A stretch of DNA of 64,000 bases from an uncultured bacterium (lineage in GTDB: Bacteria > Zhuqueibacterota > QNDG01 > DTFT01). The notes below the pieces were generated by a model. That model saw only the letters and a program-made list of their open reading frames with translations, did no database searches and had not been told where the DNA came from. Each line of letters opens with the position of its first letter. The first letter of the stretch is position 1. The stretch spans positions 1 through 64,000 of the forward strand of contig CAVTNR010000017.1 in assembly GCA_963736115.1 (NCBI GenBank). The letters run 5' to 3'. This document shows positions 18,649 through 28,510 of this stretch, piece after piece. Made by a program: the position numbers and the translations under genes.

Positions 18649-19941
18649 ATGCGCGAAATTCTGGTGGAACCGATGGCCCGGGTGGAGGGCGACGGCGGTA
18701 TTTCCGTCCGAATCGACGGCGATACGATCAAGGAAGTGAATTTCAACATACTCGAGGGCACCCGGCTGGTCGAGACTCTGGTCGTCGGCAAGACGCCCGA
18801 AGAGGACGTGTCCATCGCCTGCCGTATCTGCGCGATCTGCACGATCTCGCACCGGTATGCGGCCCTGCGCGGCCTCGAGAAGGCGCTTGGAATCACGAAA
18901 CTGCCGCCCAAGGCCCAGCTGATGCGCACGCTCATGCACATGGGCGAATTCATCGAGAGCCAGTCCCTGCACGTGTTCGTGCTGGCGCTCCCGGACTTTC
19001 TGGGATTTCCCTCGGCCATCGCCATGGCCGGCAAGTACGGCAACGAGGTGCTCAAGGCCCTGGCGCTGAAGAAGTACGGGAACAAGATCATGCGCCTGAC
19101 CAGCGGCCGCATGATACACGGCGAAAACCCGACCATCGGCGGGTTCGGCCGTTACCTCGACAAGGCCGCGCTGCTCGAGCTTAAGAAGGAAGCCCAGGAA
19201 CAGATCGAATTCGCGGAACTCGGCGTTCAGCTCGTCGGCGGAATCGACATTCCCTCCTATTTCGAGAAGGAAACGGTGTTCATGTGCTGCGAGCCCGGAG
19301 ACGGCGAGTTCGGGGTGATGGGCGATCAGATCAAGATTTCGGACGGCAAAACCGTTCCGGTCGAGGAATACCGCAGTCTGACGAACGAACTCTTCTCGCC
19401 GCATTCCGCCGCCAAGCACTGCCTCTACCAGGGCAAACCCTACACCGTGGGCGCCATCGCCCGTCTCAACAACCTCGGAGAAAGGTTCAAGGGCCGGTCC
19501 CTGAAGCTGTACGAGAAGTACTGGAACAAGCGCTGGCTGAAGAATCCCGTGTTCAACAACCTGGCGCAGGCTATCGAGATTGTCTGGTGCCTTGAGGCCA
19601 TTCCGGTGCTGGTCGATGCCATTCTCGAGATCGAGGACGATCCGGCCCTGGTGAAGCCGTCCCGTATGGACGGGGAAGGGGTCGGCGCGGTGGAGGCGCC
19701 GCGCGGCACGCTGTACCACAATTACCGGCTCAAGGACGGACTGGTGGCCGAGGCGAACCTCATCATCCCGACCGGCCAGAGCCTCGAGGATATCGACAAG
19801 TACCTGCGGATCGCGGTTGCGGAGCTTCTGAAGCAGAAAGCGGATGACGAAAAGATACGCATGCAGTGCGAAATCATCGTGCGCGCGTACGACCCCTGCA
19901 TCAGCTGTTCAACGCACATGGTCCGTATTGAACGCGTCTGA
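18649..19941 (+). CDS. Group 3b [NiFe] hydrogenase large (alpha) subunit
   Basis: RVEG, L1 RICAICTISH, EAPRG, L2 DPCISCSTH plus short cleavable tail. Confidence 0.95.
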   Translation: MREILVEPMARVEGDGGISVRIDGDTIKEVNFNILEGTRLVETLVVGKTPEEDVSIACRICAICTISHRYAALRGLEKALGITKLPPKAQLMRTLMHMGEFIESQSLHVFVLALPDFLGFPSAIAMAGKYGNEVLKALALKKYGNKIMRLTSGRMIHGENPTIGGFGRYLDKAALLELKKEAQEQIEFAELGVQLVGGIDIPSYFEKETVFMCCEPGDGEFGVMGDQIKISDGKTVPVEEYRSLTNELFSPHSAAKHCLYQGKPYTVGAIARLNNLGERFKGRSLKLYEKYWNKRWLKNPVFNNLAQAIEIVWCLEAIPVLVDAILEIEDDPALVKPSRMDGEGVGAVEAPRGTLYHNYRLKDGLVAEANLIIPTGQSLEDIDKYLRIAVAELLKQKADDEKIRMQCEIIVRAYDPCISCSTHMVRIERV

Positions 19942-20416
19942 CGCTTTTTTCCCGGATCCGGAAGGCCGGATTCGGGCGCTGATCCGGTCTGAACGGACGG
20001 TCGTTGTCGGGTTGGGAAACCCGGACCGGGCCGACGACGGGGCGGGAATCGAAATCGTGAGCAAATGGAAGGCCCGCCTGGGAAGGCGGGCCTTTCTTGA
20101 TACGGAGACGTCCGCGGAGACCATTGTTCTGGATCATCTGTCGGACCCGGACGCGGATGTCTTTCTGTTTGTGGACGCGGCGGATTTCGGCGGAAAGCCC
20201 GGGGATTTCCGGCTGTTCGGCATCGGGGACCAGGAACTCTTCAGACCCGCGCTGTCCACCCATCAGGTGCCCATGGACCTGCTCATGGGCCTGATCGCGT
20301 CGCGCCGCAAGGATGTTTTTCTTCTCGGAATACAGCCGGGATCCCTGGAACCCCTGGGGGGCATGACGCCGGAGGTTTCGGAGACGGTGGAACTCCTGTC
20401 CGGAATTTCAGACTGA
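19928..20416 (+). CDS. Hydrogenase maturation protease (HycI-like)
   Basis: GLGNPDRADDGAG, FVDAADFG, STHQ, LGIQP; start uncertain. Confidence 0.9.
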   Translation: MNASDAFFPDPEGRIRALIRSERTVVVGLGNPDRADDGAGIEIVSKWKARLGRRAFLDTETSAETIVLDHLSDPDADVFLFVDAADFGGKPGDFRLFGIGDQELFRPALSTHQVPMDLLMGLIASRRKDVFLLGIQPGSLEPLGGMTPEVSETVELLSGISD

Positions 20417-20476
20417 GCGCTCAGACGGATCCGGTCCGCGAGAAGGAATGCGGACGCCTGTCCAATCGTATCAAAA

Positions 20477-20518
20477 ATAAAGGGGTTATCCGGGCGAATG
20501 CCCGCACAACCCCTTTAT
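20477..20518. terminator. Probable bidirectional terminator between convergent genes
   Basis: ataaaggggtt...aacccctttat inverted repeat. Confidence 0.6.
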
Positions 20519-20540
20519 CATGCAAACCGTGTTGCGGGTG

Positions 20541-20897
20541 CTACTTGGCGGATTTCTTCTTCATAAACGCGGCGACGAATCCGATCACGGAAATCGCGAT
20601 ATTGATCAGGCTGCCGCCCGTGCCGTTGTCCATCTGAAGGGCTGAGAGCGGGTTGCTGGCGCCGAGGAGGCCGAGAAGTCCCACAACGCCGTTCAGGCCG
20701 GCCACAGCGGGAAGCCCCACTTTTTTCTGGCCAGCGCTCCCCTTCATGCCGAGAAACGACAGCGCGGCGCCGGACACCAGGTTGAAAATACTGCCGCCCT
20801 GTGCGGTCTGGAGCGCTGCATCAGCCGTAGTGGCCGTGCCCAGCAAGCCGAACAAGCCCTGGACAATTCCGATGATTTTCGTCAGATTGTTACCCAT
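20541..20897 (-). CDS. Small four-helix membrane protein, unknown function
   Basis: Four Gly-rich hydrophobic segments, RBS GGAGGAAGAGG, Lys-rich tail. Confidence 0.7.
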   Translation of the reverse strand: MGNNLTKIIGIVQGLFGLLGTATTADAALQTAQGGSIFNLVSGAALSFLGMKGSAGQKKVGLPAVAGLNGVVGLLGLLGASNPLSALQMDNGTGGSLINIAISVIGFVAAFMKKKSAK

Positions 20898-21029
20898 TCC
20901 CTCTTCCTCCTTGTTTGTGTAAACCTCAACGAGCCGGGTCCGGTTCTTTCCCGGGTTCAGGAAACCGAATCCGGAAAAGAACCGGTCGCCCGGTATTCAG
21001 AGACGTGATGCCCTCGGGGGCCTCAAGCC

Positions 21030-21695
21030 TTATTTCGCCTGGGACTCGGCCGCTTTTTTCAGCTTATCATTGGCCATGATGGCGATTTCGACACGGCGGT
21101 TGGCCTGTCGGCCCTCGGGCGTGTCATTGGTCACGACCGGCTGGGCTTCCCCATAGCCCATGAGCGTGAGACGCGTGGCGTCCACCTGATTGGTGCCCAG
21201 CTGGGCGGCAACGGCCTGGGCGCGTTTCTGCGACAGCTGCATGTTGAAGTCGTCGCTTCCCACGTCGTCCGTATGCCCTTCGATCAGGACAGCTGTATCC
21301 GAATATTTGTTCAGCGTGGCGGAAAGCTTGGTCAGATCGGCTTGTGCCTGTTCCTGAAGCGTGGCTTCGCCGGTGTTGAACAGCAGTCCGGATTTGAACG
21401 TGATCTTGATGCCCTCGCCGACGCGCTCCACTTTGGCGCCTTCGATGTCGTTCTGGATTTCCGCGGCCTGCTTGTCCATGTAATTGCCGATGTACGCTCC
21501 GGCCGCGCCTCCCACGGCCGCGCCGAGAATGGCGCCCAGGGCGGTGTTGCCCGTCTGTTTACCGATGACGGCGCCGATGCCCGCGCCCGCGGCTGCGCCG
21601 ATGGCCGTGCCTTGCGTGGCTTTGCTCAGGCCGGCGCACGACATGAACTGGGCCGCCAGAACTGAGACGAGCAGCAGGATGACGATCTTTCGCAT
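21030..21695 (-). CDS. OmpA-family lipoprotein with glycine zipper (YiaD-like)
   Basis: Lipoprotein-like signal ending MSC; GAAAGAGIGA zipper; EGHTD, LSQKRA, NRRVEI. Confidence 0.93.
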   Translation of the reverse strand: MRKIVILLLVSVLAAQFMSCAGLSKATQGTAIGAAAGAGIGAVIGKQTGNTALGAILGAAVGGAAGAYIGNYMDKQAAEIQNDIEGAKVERVGEGIKITFKSGLLFNTGEATLQEQAQADLTKLSATLNKYSDTAVLIEGHTDDVGSDDFNMQLSQKRAQAVAAQLGTNQVDATRLTLMGYGEAQPVVTNDTPEGRQANRRVEIAIMANDKLKKAAESQAK

Positions 21696-22032
21696 GTGAC
21701 CCTCCTTGTGGGAATGATGAGGATTGGTGTTTTTGTCCGGATTGCGGACTCCGGCCTAGCGGGAGCCCCCTGCGGGAAATCTGCCTCGCTGCCGGTTATC
21801 CGAGAATAAGAGAGAAACCCTTTTTCATCTTCCGACCGCACGGTTTTCATCCGGTCAGTTGAACGCCGTCAACCGGCTCAGGGACAGTTCAAGAGCCTGA
21901 ACTGTGATAAAGAGAAAGCGAGTGGAGTATTTAACCGATTAAAATCAATTGTTTATATAGGTAAAGTTAAGATAAATATCGAATTTGTCAAGAGGAATCG
22001 GAGCCGCCCGGAAAACTCCGGGCGGCCTGGTT

Positions 22033-22329
22033 TTATCTTGCCAGCTTCACGAGAAGCAGGATCGGGAGGCCGATGATGAGCAGAGGCAGGAGAAGGGGGA
22101 TCAGGACAACGAGGAGTATGAGTCCCACGAGGCCCAGAACCGCGGCCCCGATGACTCCGACTCCGCCGAAGACCAGGAGCAGGACGAATCCAACGAGCAG
22201 AAGCGCTCCGACCACGGCAATGGGCGCGATGATCAGCCCGCCCAGCAGGCCCAGAATGCCGTGCAGCAGCGGCGCGCCCGCGGCAAGCGCGATGAGGATA
22301 ATGCAGAGCAGAATCAGTCCGTTTCTCAT
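22033..22329 (-). CDS. Very hydrophobic small membrane protein
   Basis: 98 aa almost entirely L/I/V/G/A; RBS AGGAGG. Confidence 0.65.
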   Translation of the reverse strand: MRNGLILLCIILIALAAGAPLLHGILGLLGGLIIAPIAVVGALLLVGFVLLLVFGGVGVIGAAVLGLVGLILLVVLIPLLLPLLIIGLPILLLVKLAR

Positions 22330-22398
22330 GGCAGAAGCCCTCCTGTCTGATGACAGGAGTATATACGTGGATGTCCGTCCGGGGTTGCGAGTATTCTT

Positions 22399-24000
22399 TC
22401 AGGATGGAGCCAGGATGTCCTCCACGCGGGTGAGGCCGCGGATGGCCAGGCCGGGTAGGGCGTATTGGCTCAAGTCATGCACGTATTCAGTCCCCATGCG
22501 GGAGAAAGGCAGGTAGGCCAGGGCTGAGGATTCGAGCTGAAAGGAGAGCGAACCGAACAGGCCCGGTCTGCTCGGCGGGAATTTCGTGAACAATGTGGAC
22601 TGATGGAAGAGGATCATCCGGCACCTTGAAAAAGCTCCCTCGAGCGGAAGAGTGACTGGGAACAGCCCGCGGGTCCGCACGGAATCCGCTTTCCGGACCG
22701 CCGGCGGCCTCCGGGTCACGCGCGCGGCGGCCGTGAGTGATGCGCGGGGCGCCATGCGGAACGCCGGCGCCCAAATCTCCCGGACCATGGAGCCGGTTTC
22801 GGAGAATACGATGTCCGAGGGTTCCCAGTGTATCCCGTCCCCGCCCCATTTGGAGATCCCGTCGATGCGAACAGTCATGCGCCAGAAAGGGAACCGGACG
22901 TCGAATGGTCTTCCGGCGGGCTCCTCCTCGATCGGACTGTCGGAGAACCGGCCTTCGCGGATTACCCACAGCCGGTCGCAATGGCCGCAGGGGAAAAAGA
23001 GCGCGTCGGGATACGCCGGCAGGTCCGTCCCGCAATTGGGGCACAGGAGCGGGTGGGCGGTCCAGCAAGGCCGCGGCCTGGCGAGGCGGAACCGGGGGCC
23101 CTGCAGGGGGTTGTCCGAAACGGGCTCCCGCGTGACGCCGTCGACCAATTTACCCTCCCGGATGAAGAAAGGGAAGTAAACGAGCGCCAAGCGGTCCTCC
23201 ACGAAATCCTCGAATTCACACTCTTTTTGGAAAATGGGTTCGCCGGAGTCCGCTTGGGAATTCTGCTCGTCGGCGAATGAATCCGTCCGGGCAGACGTAT
23301 CAGGAGTGACGCGCCAGCTGGAAGTCAGGAACTCGAGGAACCGGCCTTGAGCCAGGCGCGGGAACGAATGGATGGTTTCCGTAATCGGCCCGTCCAGCCA
23401 GTTGGAAATTTTCTCGTAGAGGACATCCGAGATCCGCTCCCATTTGCCGGCTGGGATTCGCGGATCCGGTTCTTCCGCTTGCGGAGCGGACGGGATGATC
23501 GGGGCCTTCGTCTCCTCGGCGCGGCCGGTGGACGCGGGTGATTCCGTCGTTTTCGAGAAGGCCAATGTCCCCCGCCGCATGAATTTTTCAACGGCCTTCT
23601 GCATGACTTCAGAGGAGCGGTCGTTCTTCAACAGCCGCAGTCCGGGAACCTCCCGCATGAGCGCATGGAGCTTCAGCACCTGATGACGAAGACCGATGGA
23701 AAACGGGATGCGCCGGTCGCAGGAGCCGGAGAATGTGGCGTCCAGAAACCTTTCGTTTATACGGGAGGCATGGACGGACAGGTGCAGGCCTTGAACGAGC
23801 CAATAGGGGGCATAGAAAAGATTTTCGGGCTTCTGATCCGGAAAGATGATGTACACCGGCTCGCCGGATGGGATCAGAACCTGGCGGGTTTTACAGAACG
23901 GGCAGGAAAGGACGTTCTGGCCGGCCTGCAAGCCCGCGGCGGCGCCGCACTGCGGGCAGGCGGCCTCGAACTCGAAGCGTGTCGGATCAGAAACGTTCAC
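22399..24000 (-). CDS. Multi zinc-ribbon protein (YdjG-like partner of SPFH protein)
   Basis: CPQCGA...CPFC and CPNCG...CGHC; overlaps SPFH gene end. Confidence 0.7.
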   Translation of the reverse strand: MNVSDPTRFEFEAACPQCGAAAGLQAGQNVLSCPFCKTRQVLIPSGEPVYIIFPDQKPENLFYAPYWLVQGLHLSVHASRINERFLDATFSGSCDRRIPFSIGLRHQVLKLHALMREVPGLRLLKNDRSSEVMQKAVEKFMRRGTLAFSKTTESPASTGRAEETKAPIIPSAPQAEEPDPRIPAGKWERISDVLYEKISNWLDGPITETIHSFPRLAQGRFLEFLTSSWRVTPDTSARTDSFADEQNSQADSGEPIFQKECEFEDFVEDRLALVYFPFFIREGKLVDGVTREPVSDNPLQGPRFRLARPRPCWTAHPLLCPNCGTDLPAYPDALFFPCGHCDRLWVIREGRFSDSPIEEEPAGRPFDVRFPFWRMTVRIDGISKWGGDGIHWEPSDIVFSETGSMVREIWAPAFRMAPRASLTAAARVTRRPPAVRKADSVRTRGLFPVTLPLEGAFSRCRMILFHQSTLFTKFPPSRPGLFGSLSFQLESSALAYLPFSRMGTEYVHDLSQYALPGLAIRGLTRVEDILAPS

Positions 24001-25099
24001 CGCACGCGTTGCAGAATACGGCGTTCGTCAGGTTCTTTGCGCCGCAATGCTGGCACTTCTTGGAGGCCTTGGGCGGTTTCACTTCCTTTCCGCAGCGGGG
24101 GCAGAACTTTGCGTTGGCTGCGAGGTTTTTAGCGCAGTGCGGGCAGGTCTGCAGAATGACCATCTGATTGCCGCAATACGGGCAGAACCGTGCGTCCGAC
24201 GGCACCGGATTGCCGCAGTCCGGGCACACGTCCCGGGTTCCTTCGACTTTCCGCTCCGTGCTCAGAACCTGAGCGAACATGGAGGGCAGCATCATCCCCA
24301 CGCCCAGCCCGGCGCCGGAGGCCGCCCCGCCCTGTTCCGCAATTTTTTCAACGGCCATGGCCGCCTTCATCTTGAGAAGCTTGTTCAAATCGTCGAACAC
24401 GTTCAGCCTGGACTTGTCGTCCAGCGCCTGCTGGACCTCCGGCGGCGGCGTGATGGAATTGATGTACAACTGGTTCAGCCCGAGGCCAAAACGGCTGAAA
24501 TCATCCGTCAGGCGTTTCACGAGGCCCAGGGATAACTCTTCGTAACGACCGGGGAGGTCCAGGATGGAATCCAGGTTTTCCCCGAGGTGGTCGTTGAAAC
24601 GCGAGACGATCACCCGGCCCAGGTAATCCTCGATGTCCTGCGACAGGAGCATGTGCTGGGTGCCGACGAGGCTGTTGATGAAAAGAACGGGCTGGAGGAT
24701 CTGGACATTGAAAATTCCGAAGGCGCGTATGCGCACGACGCCCAGGCTTTTATCCTTGAAAGCCACGGGGTCATGCGTCCCCCATTTCATGTTCGTGAAT
24801 ATTTTCAGGTTGACGAAATACGCCTCCGCGCGAAGCGGGCTTGTCATCCCCCAGGGAATGCTCATGATCTTGTTCAGGATGGGGAGGTTGCCGGTATAGA
24901 GCATGTGGTTGCCCGGCCCGAACGCGTCGCAGGCCTTGCCGTTGTAAAAAAACACGGCGGCCTGGCTCTCGCGGACGATCAGCCTGGCTCCGAATTTGAT
25001 CTCGCCGGATCCTTTCTCGGGAATACGGTGGACGATTTCCGTGCCGGTCTTGTCGAACCACTCAATGACTTCCAGGAACACCTTGTTGTCCATGCCCAT
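23987..25099 (-). CDS. SPFH/band-7 protein with C-terminal zinc ribbons (YdjI-like)
   Basis: LIVRESQAAVF, KWGT, RAFG; three CxxC...CxxC ribbons. Confidence 0.88.
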   Translation of the reverse strand: MGMDNKVFLEVIEWFDKTGTEIVHRIPEKGSGEIKFGARLIVRESQAAVFFYNGKACDAFGPGNHMLYTGNLPILNKIMSIPWGMTSPLRAEAYFVNLKIFTNMKWGTHDPVAFKDKSLGVVRIRAFGIFNVQILQPVLFINSLVGTQHMLLSQDIEDYLGRVIVSRFNDHLGENLDSILDLPGRYEELSLGLVKRLTDDFSRFGLGLNQLYINSITPPPEVQQALDDKSRLNVFDDLNKLLKMKAAMAVEKIAEQGGAASGAGLGVGMMLPSMFAQVLSTERKVEGTRDVCPDCGNPVPSDARFCPYCGNQMVILQTCPHCAKNLAANAKFCPRCGKEVKPPKASKKCQHCGAKNLTNAVFCNACGERF

Positions 25100-25148
25100 A
25101 TCATCCCTCCATGGTGTGGAGATTCATCTTGGCCGGGATCCGTCCGGT

Positions 25149-25781
25149 TTATTCGGACTTTTCAGCAAGAACTCGGCCGGACTTGTCCACAATCAGCCTT
25201 CCCTTGCCCGTACGGACTGATGCTTTTCCGTCCAGAAACGATTCAGCCTCTTCATATTGAAGTGGAATGATAACCCGTCCTTTGCGGTCGATGAACCCCC
25301 ACGATCCGCCACGGATGGTCCGGTATTCACCGTCCGGTTCCTCGCGGCATCCGCGGCACACAGCGGCCATCCCCTCTGAGAAGGGGAGTGCGAAATCATA
25401 TTCAGCGGAGACGATTATTCGGCCTCTCCTGTCGAAAAAGCCGATACGGCCGTTCTGGACGAAACGGGCCTTATCCTCGGAAAACGGGTCCGGTCCGTTG
25501 TCGATTATAAAAGGCCTAAGAAGGGGCCGTCCCGAGACGTCGATGAGCACCCATCCGAAATCGTCCGCGACCGAGGCAACTCCAAAACGGGTGAATGGTT
25601 CAACGAAATTATAGACCGGAGGGATGACCGTTTCGTTATGCCGATTCCGGAAACCCCAATTTTCAACACCGTCCCGCTCCACAGCGAATGGAATCCGATC
25701 GCGCTCCGGGGATTCAGAGCAGGAGTGGAAGAGAATCAAGCAGGGGAGAGAGAGGAGCAGGCATGCGGAGGATCGCTTCAT
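25149..25781 (-). CDS. WG-repeat lipoprotein
   Basis: Signal ending HSC; repeats WGF/IGF...FSEG; DNGPDPFSE. Confidence 0.82.
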   Translation of the reverse strand: MKRSSACLLLSLPCLILFHSCSESPERDRIPFAVERDGVENWGFRNRHNETVIPPVYNFVEPFTRFGVASVADDFGWVLIDVSGRPLLRPFIIDNGPDPFSEDKARFVQNGRIGFFDRRGRIIVSAEYDFALPFSEGMAAVCRGCREEPDGEYRTIRGGSWGFIDRKGRVIIPLQYEEAESFLDGKASVRTGKGRLIVDKSGRVLAEKSE

Positions 25782-25987
25782 GTTCCCTCTTGGATTGACG
25801 AAAAATCTTTGTTTAATATATATAAAAAGACGGATGTTCGCCAGTTTTATTTTAAACCCCGGATCACCGACAGGAGATATCCGATATAACCGAGAGGATG
25901 TCCGAAAGGCGGGCGAGAAGAAGCGGATCATCATTAATTCAAAAAATCAACGCAGCCCCGCTGCGCGGGCCATTTCGGACCGACAGC

Positions 25988-26050
25988 TGAATCTATGAAT
26001 CCGGAACCCTGAACCTGGAGCCCTAAACCCAGAACCCGGAACCCGGAACT
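25988..26050. repeat. Degenerate 7-nt tandem array (NNGAACC) of about nine units
   Basis: atgaatc cggaacc ctgaacc tggagcc ctaaacc cagaacc cggaacc cggaact; reverse complement of the RGTTCCG unit. Confidence 0.75.
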
Positions 26051-26065
26051 TCACGTAAAGACCCC

Positions 26066-26094
26066 TTGACATCCATATGATTTGTATCTACTTT
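26066..26094 (+). promoter_or_regulatory. Sigma70-type promoter of second hydrogenase operon
   Basis: TTGACA, 17 nt, TACTTT; ATG only 11 nt after the -10. Confidence 0.6.
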
Positions 26095-26105
26095 AATGCA
26101 CCGCC

Positions 26106-27164
26106 ATGGTCCACGAGCGATATTACATCAGCAAAGAGCACTGGCACAATGCTCTGACCGACTGGATGCGTTCGCATGCCCTTTTCGGCCCCATGCCCGG
26201 GGAGGCCGGTCTCCACCTGGAGAAAATAACGGCTTCCAATCTCCATTCGCTTGTCATGGATCAATGCAGGACCGTTGAATCCCCCAAAGACCTTTTGTTC
26301 CCTCTGATCGAAGAATTCCCGTCCGTCCCGGAACCGCTGGGCCCGTCCTGGATTCTTCTCGGGGTCCGGGCCTGCGATCTCAAGGCACTGGCCGTGCTGG
26401 ACCGGGCATTCGGCGGCCCGACGGCTGATCCGTTTTACGAAATCCGGAGGAAAAGGATCGTGCTGGTCGGGTCGGACTGCACCCAGCCCTGGCCGTCCTG
26501 TTTCTGCACCCAAACGGGCGGAATGCCTTATCCGACTGAAGGATTCGATCTGAACGTGGCCAAATTGTGGGACGGCATGGTGGTGGAAGTCGGGACGGAC
26601 CGCGGCCGGGCACTTCTTGAAGACTTTGACCGCGCGTTGAAACCAACGGTGAAAGAGGAGGAAGACGCCCAGGAGAAATGGCGGCGGGAGACGGTTCTGC
26701 GCGTTCACCGCGGGAATCCGGGCGGATCGATGCCGGGCTTTTCCGAATCCTCCGGGTTTCCACGGGGTGACGAAGCGTCCTGGGAGGAGGCTTCGGCCGA
26801 CTGCGTTGAATGCGGGGCCTGCAATGCGGTTTGCCCGACCTGCCACTCCTACTTTTTCGATCTGCGCGGCTCCGGCGGTCGGGGGTTTCACCGCAGGCGT
26901 GTTGCCGATTCCTGCCTCATGCCCGGATACGACCGTGCCGCCGGAGGGGAGGAGGAAAGGGCTTCAACGGCTGGGCGATTCAGGTACCGACTGGTCTGCA
27001 AGCTGATTCATCAGCCGGCACAGACCGGACTGTCAGGATGCACGGGATGCGGCCGGTGCATCGACGCCTGCCCGGCCGGCATTGATATGCGAAGCGTGCT
27101 CAATCGTCTCGGCGGAATCCCTGTTTCCGCGCATGAGCGGAGCGAAGGGCGCATTCCGCTTTGA
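26106..27164 (+). CDS. AsrA/sulfhydrogenase-beta-like Fe-S protein
   Basis: GVRACD, CFC, CVECGACNAVCPTC, DSC, CTGCGRCIDACP. Confidence 0.85.
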   Translation: MVHERYYISKEHWHNALTDWMRSHALFGPMPGEAGLHLEKITASNLHSLVMDQCRTVESPKDLLFPLIEEFPSVPEPLGPSWILLGVRACDLKALAVLDRAFGGPTADPFYEIRRKRIVLVGSDCTQPWPSCFCTQTGGMPYPTEGFDLNVAKLWDGMVVEVGTDRGRALLEDFDRALKPTVKEEEDAQEKWRRETVLRVHRGNPGGSMPGFSESSGFPRGDEASWEEASADCVECGACNAVCPTCHSYFFDLRGSGGRGFHRRRVADSCLMPGYDRAAGGEEERASTAGRFRYRLVCKLIHQPAQTGLSGCTGCGRCIDACPAGIDMRSVLNRLGGIPVSAHERSEGRIPL

Positions 27165-27196
27165 TTTCACGTCCCGGATGATTACGCTTTCAGGAT

Positions 27197-28016
27197 ATGA
27201 CCGGCAGGCGGGCGGCCTCCGTGAAAGGATAAAGCCACGGGCACTCGAAATCCATTTTTAATCCGGAAAGCCGTTGTGGAAGAGTCGGCTGTCATGGGGC
27301 GCGCATCCGTCCGGATCCGGCTCAGGCCGGACGGCGGATTCCGTTTCCGTCCCGGGCAGTTCGCCTTCATATCGATCCCGGGTTTCGCGGAATTGCCTTT
27401 CAACCCGTTTTCTCCCGCGGACGCGGAGGCGACGGTTGAATTGATCTGCCGGATGCACGGTCCGGAGCGGTTGTTCTCGGGTCTGAAACCCGGTGAAACC
27501 ATCGGCATCCGCGGCCCTTACGGCAAGCCGTTTCCGTTTGAAGCATTTACCGGCAGGGATTTTCTGTTCCTCTGCGATGCGATCGGACTGGCGGCGGCCA
27601 GACCGCTACTCATCGAAACCGCAGTCCGCCCGGAGGGTCAGGGGAGGACGCGGCTGATCCTCCTGAACGCTCCGGAAGAGGATGCCGCATTCGCCGCGGA
27701 AACCGCGGCCGGATTGACGGGCGTTCACGTATCCGCCGCAGGAGGCCTGAACGCCCTCTCCTCCGGGGGACCGGATCTCTCCCGCAGCGTGGCCCTGCTG
27801 TTTCTCGGCCGGCGGCAGCTGATTGAAGCAGGGAAAGCGCTCGCAGCGGCCGGATTGGCCGAGGATTCGATGTTCGGCCGGATGGAAAAGCGCATGGCCT
27901 GCGGTATCGGACACTGCCGCCTTTGCGCGGCCGGGCCCGTATTCACATGCGTTGAAGGACCCATTCTTCCATTCGGTCGGCTGATCCCTGAAATTTCCGC
28001 GACGGGGGCCGCATGA
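27197..28016 (+). CDS. Divergent AsrB/sulfhydrogenase-gamma-like flavoprotein; apparent frameshift near 27224 separates start codon from body
   Basis: PGQF, RGPYG, EKRMACGIGHCRLC...CVEGP; conserved NPFL lies upstream of GTG 27276 in a frame closed by TGA 27222, while ATG 27197 and GTG 27221 are one base out of frame. Confidence 0.7.
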
Positions 28017-28510
28017 GCGGGGTTCTGGTCATCAACATCGATCGGTGCCGCGAATGCGGGTCCTGTAGGGTCCCCTGCAGTTATACCCTGCATCCGGAGA
28101 ACAACGGGATATCCCGGTTGAGAGAGATCGCGGAATTCGCACTGTCCTGCAGGCGCTGTGTCCGCCCGCCGTGTATACGGACCTGCCCGGCATCCGCCCT
28201 GCAGCGCTCGACCACGGACGGCCTTATCACCCGCAGGCCGGACCGCTGCGTGTCGTGCGGATCCTGCGCTTTCGCGTGCCCGTTCGGCGCCATTCCAGTG
28301 GAAGTGCTGGTCTCTCCCGAATCCGTGTGCGACCTGTGCGCGGGCCGGCTCGCGGAAGGAGAGAGTCCGGTCTGCGCGGGCGGATGCGGCCGGGGGGCCA
28401 TCTCCTTTGTGCCTCTGGAAAAAGCGGCCGGCATCGAGCTGCGCGCGGGTTCCGGCTCGTTTTTCGCGGTGGGGAAGTCCTGGAAAAAACAGCCGGGAGC
28501 CTCGGAATGA
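28013..28510 (+). CDS. 4Fe-4S dicluster ferredoxin-like subunit (HycB/CooF-like)
   Basis: CRECGSC...C, CRRCVRPPCIRTCP, CVSCGSCAFACP, CDLC...C...C. Confidence 0.85.
   Translation: MSGVLVINIDRCRECGSCRVPCSYTLHPENNGISRLREIAEFALSCRRCVRPPCIRTCPASALQRSTTDGLITRRPDRCVSCGSCAFACPFGAIPVEVLVSPESVCDLCAGRLAEGESPVCAGGCGRGAISFVPLEKAAGIELRAGSGSFFAVGKSWKKQPGASE

Noticed and set aside
18649-19941. Selenocysteine-containing [NiFeSe] hydrogenase
   Set aside because: Both L2 motifs in the window use Cys codons; no in-frame TGA.
21700-21920. 6S RNA, c-di-GMP riboswitch or hammerhead ribozyme call
   Set aside because: Only short motif resemblances (gtccctgagccg, ctccggccta); full consensus elements not found, so kept as an unassigned structured leader.
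14044-26050. Inverted RGTTCCG arrays as ends of a 12-kb composite transposon
   Set aside because: Left array lies inside an intact OPT gene, the enclosed genes look native, and there is no transposase or target duplication.
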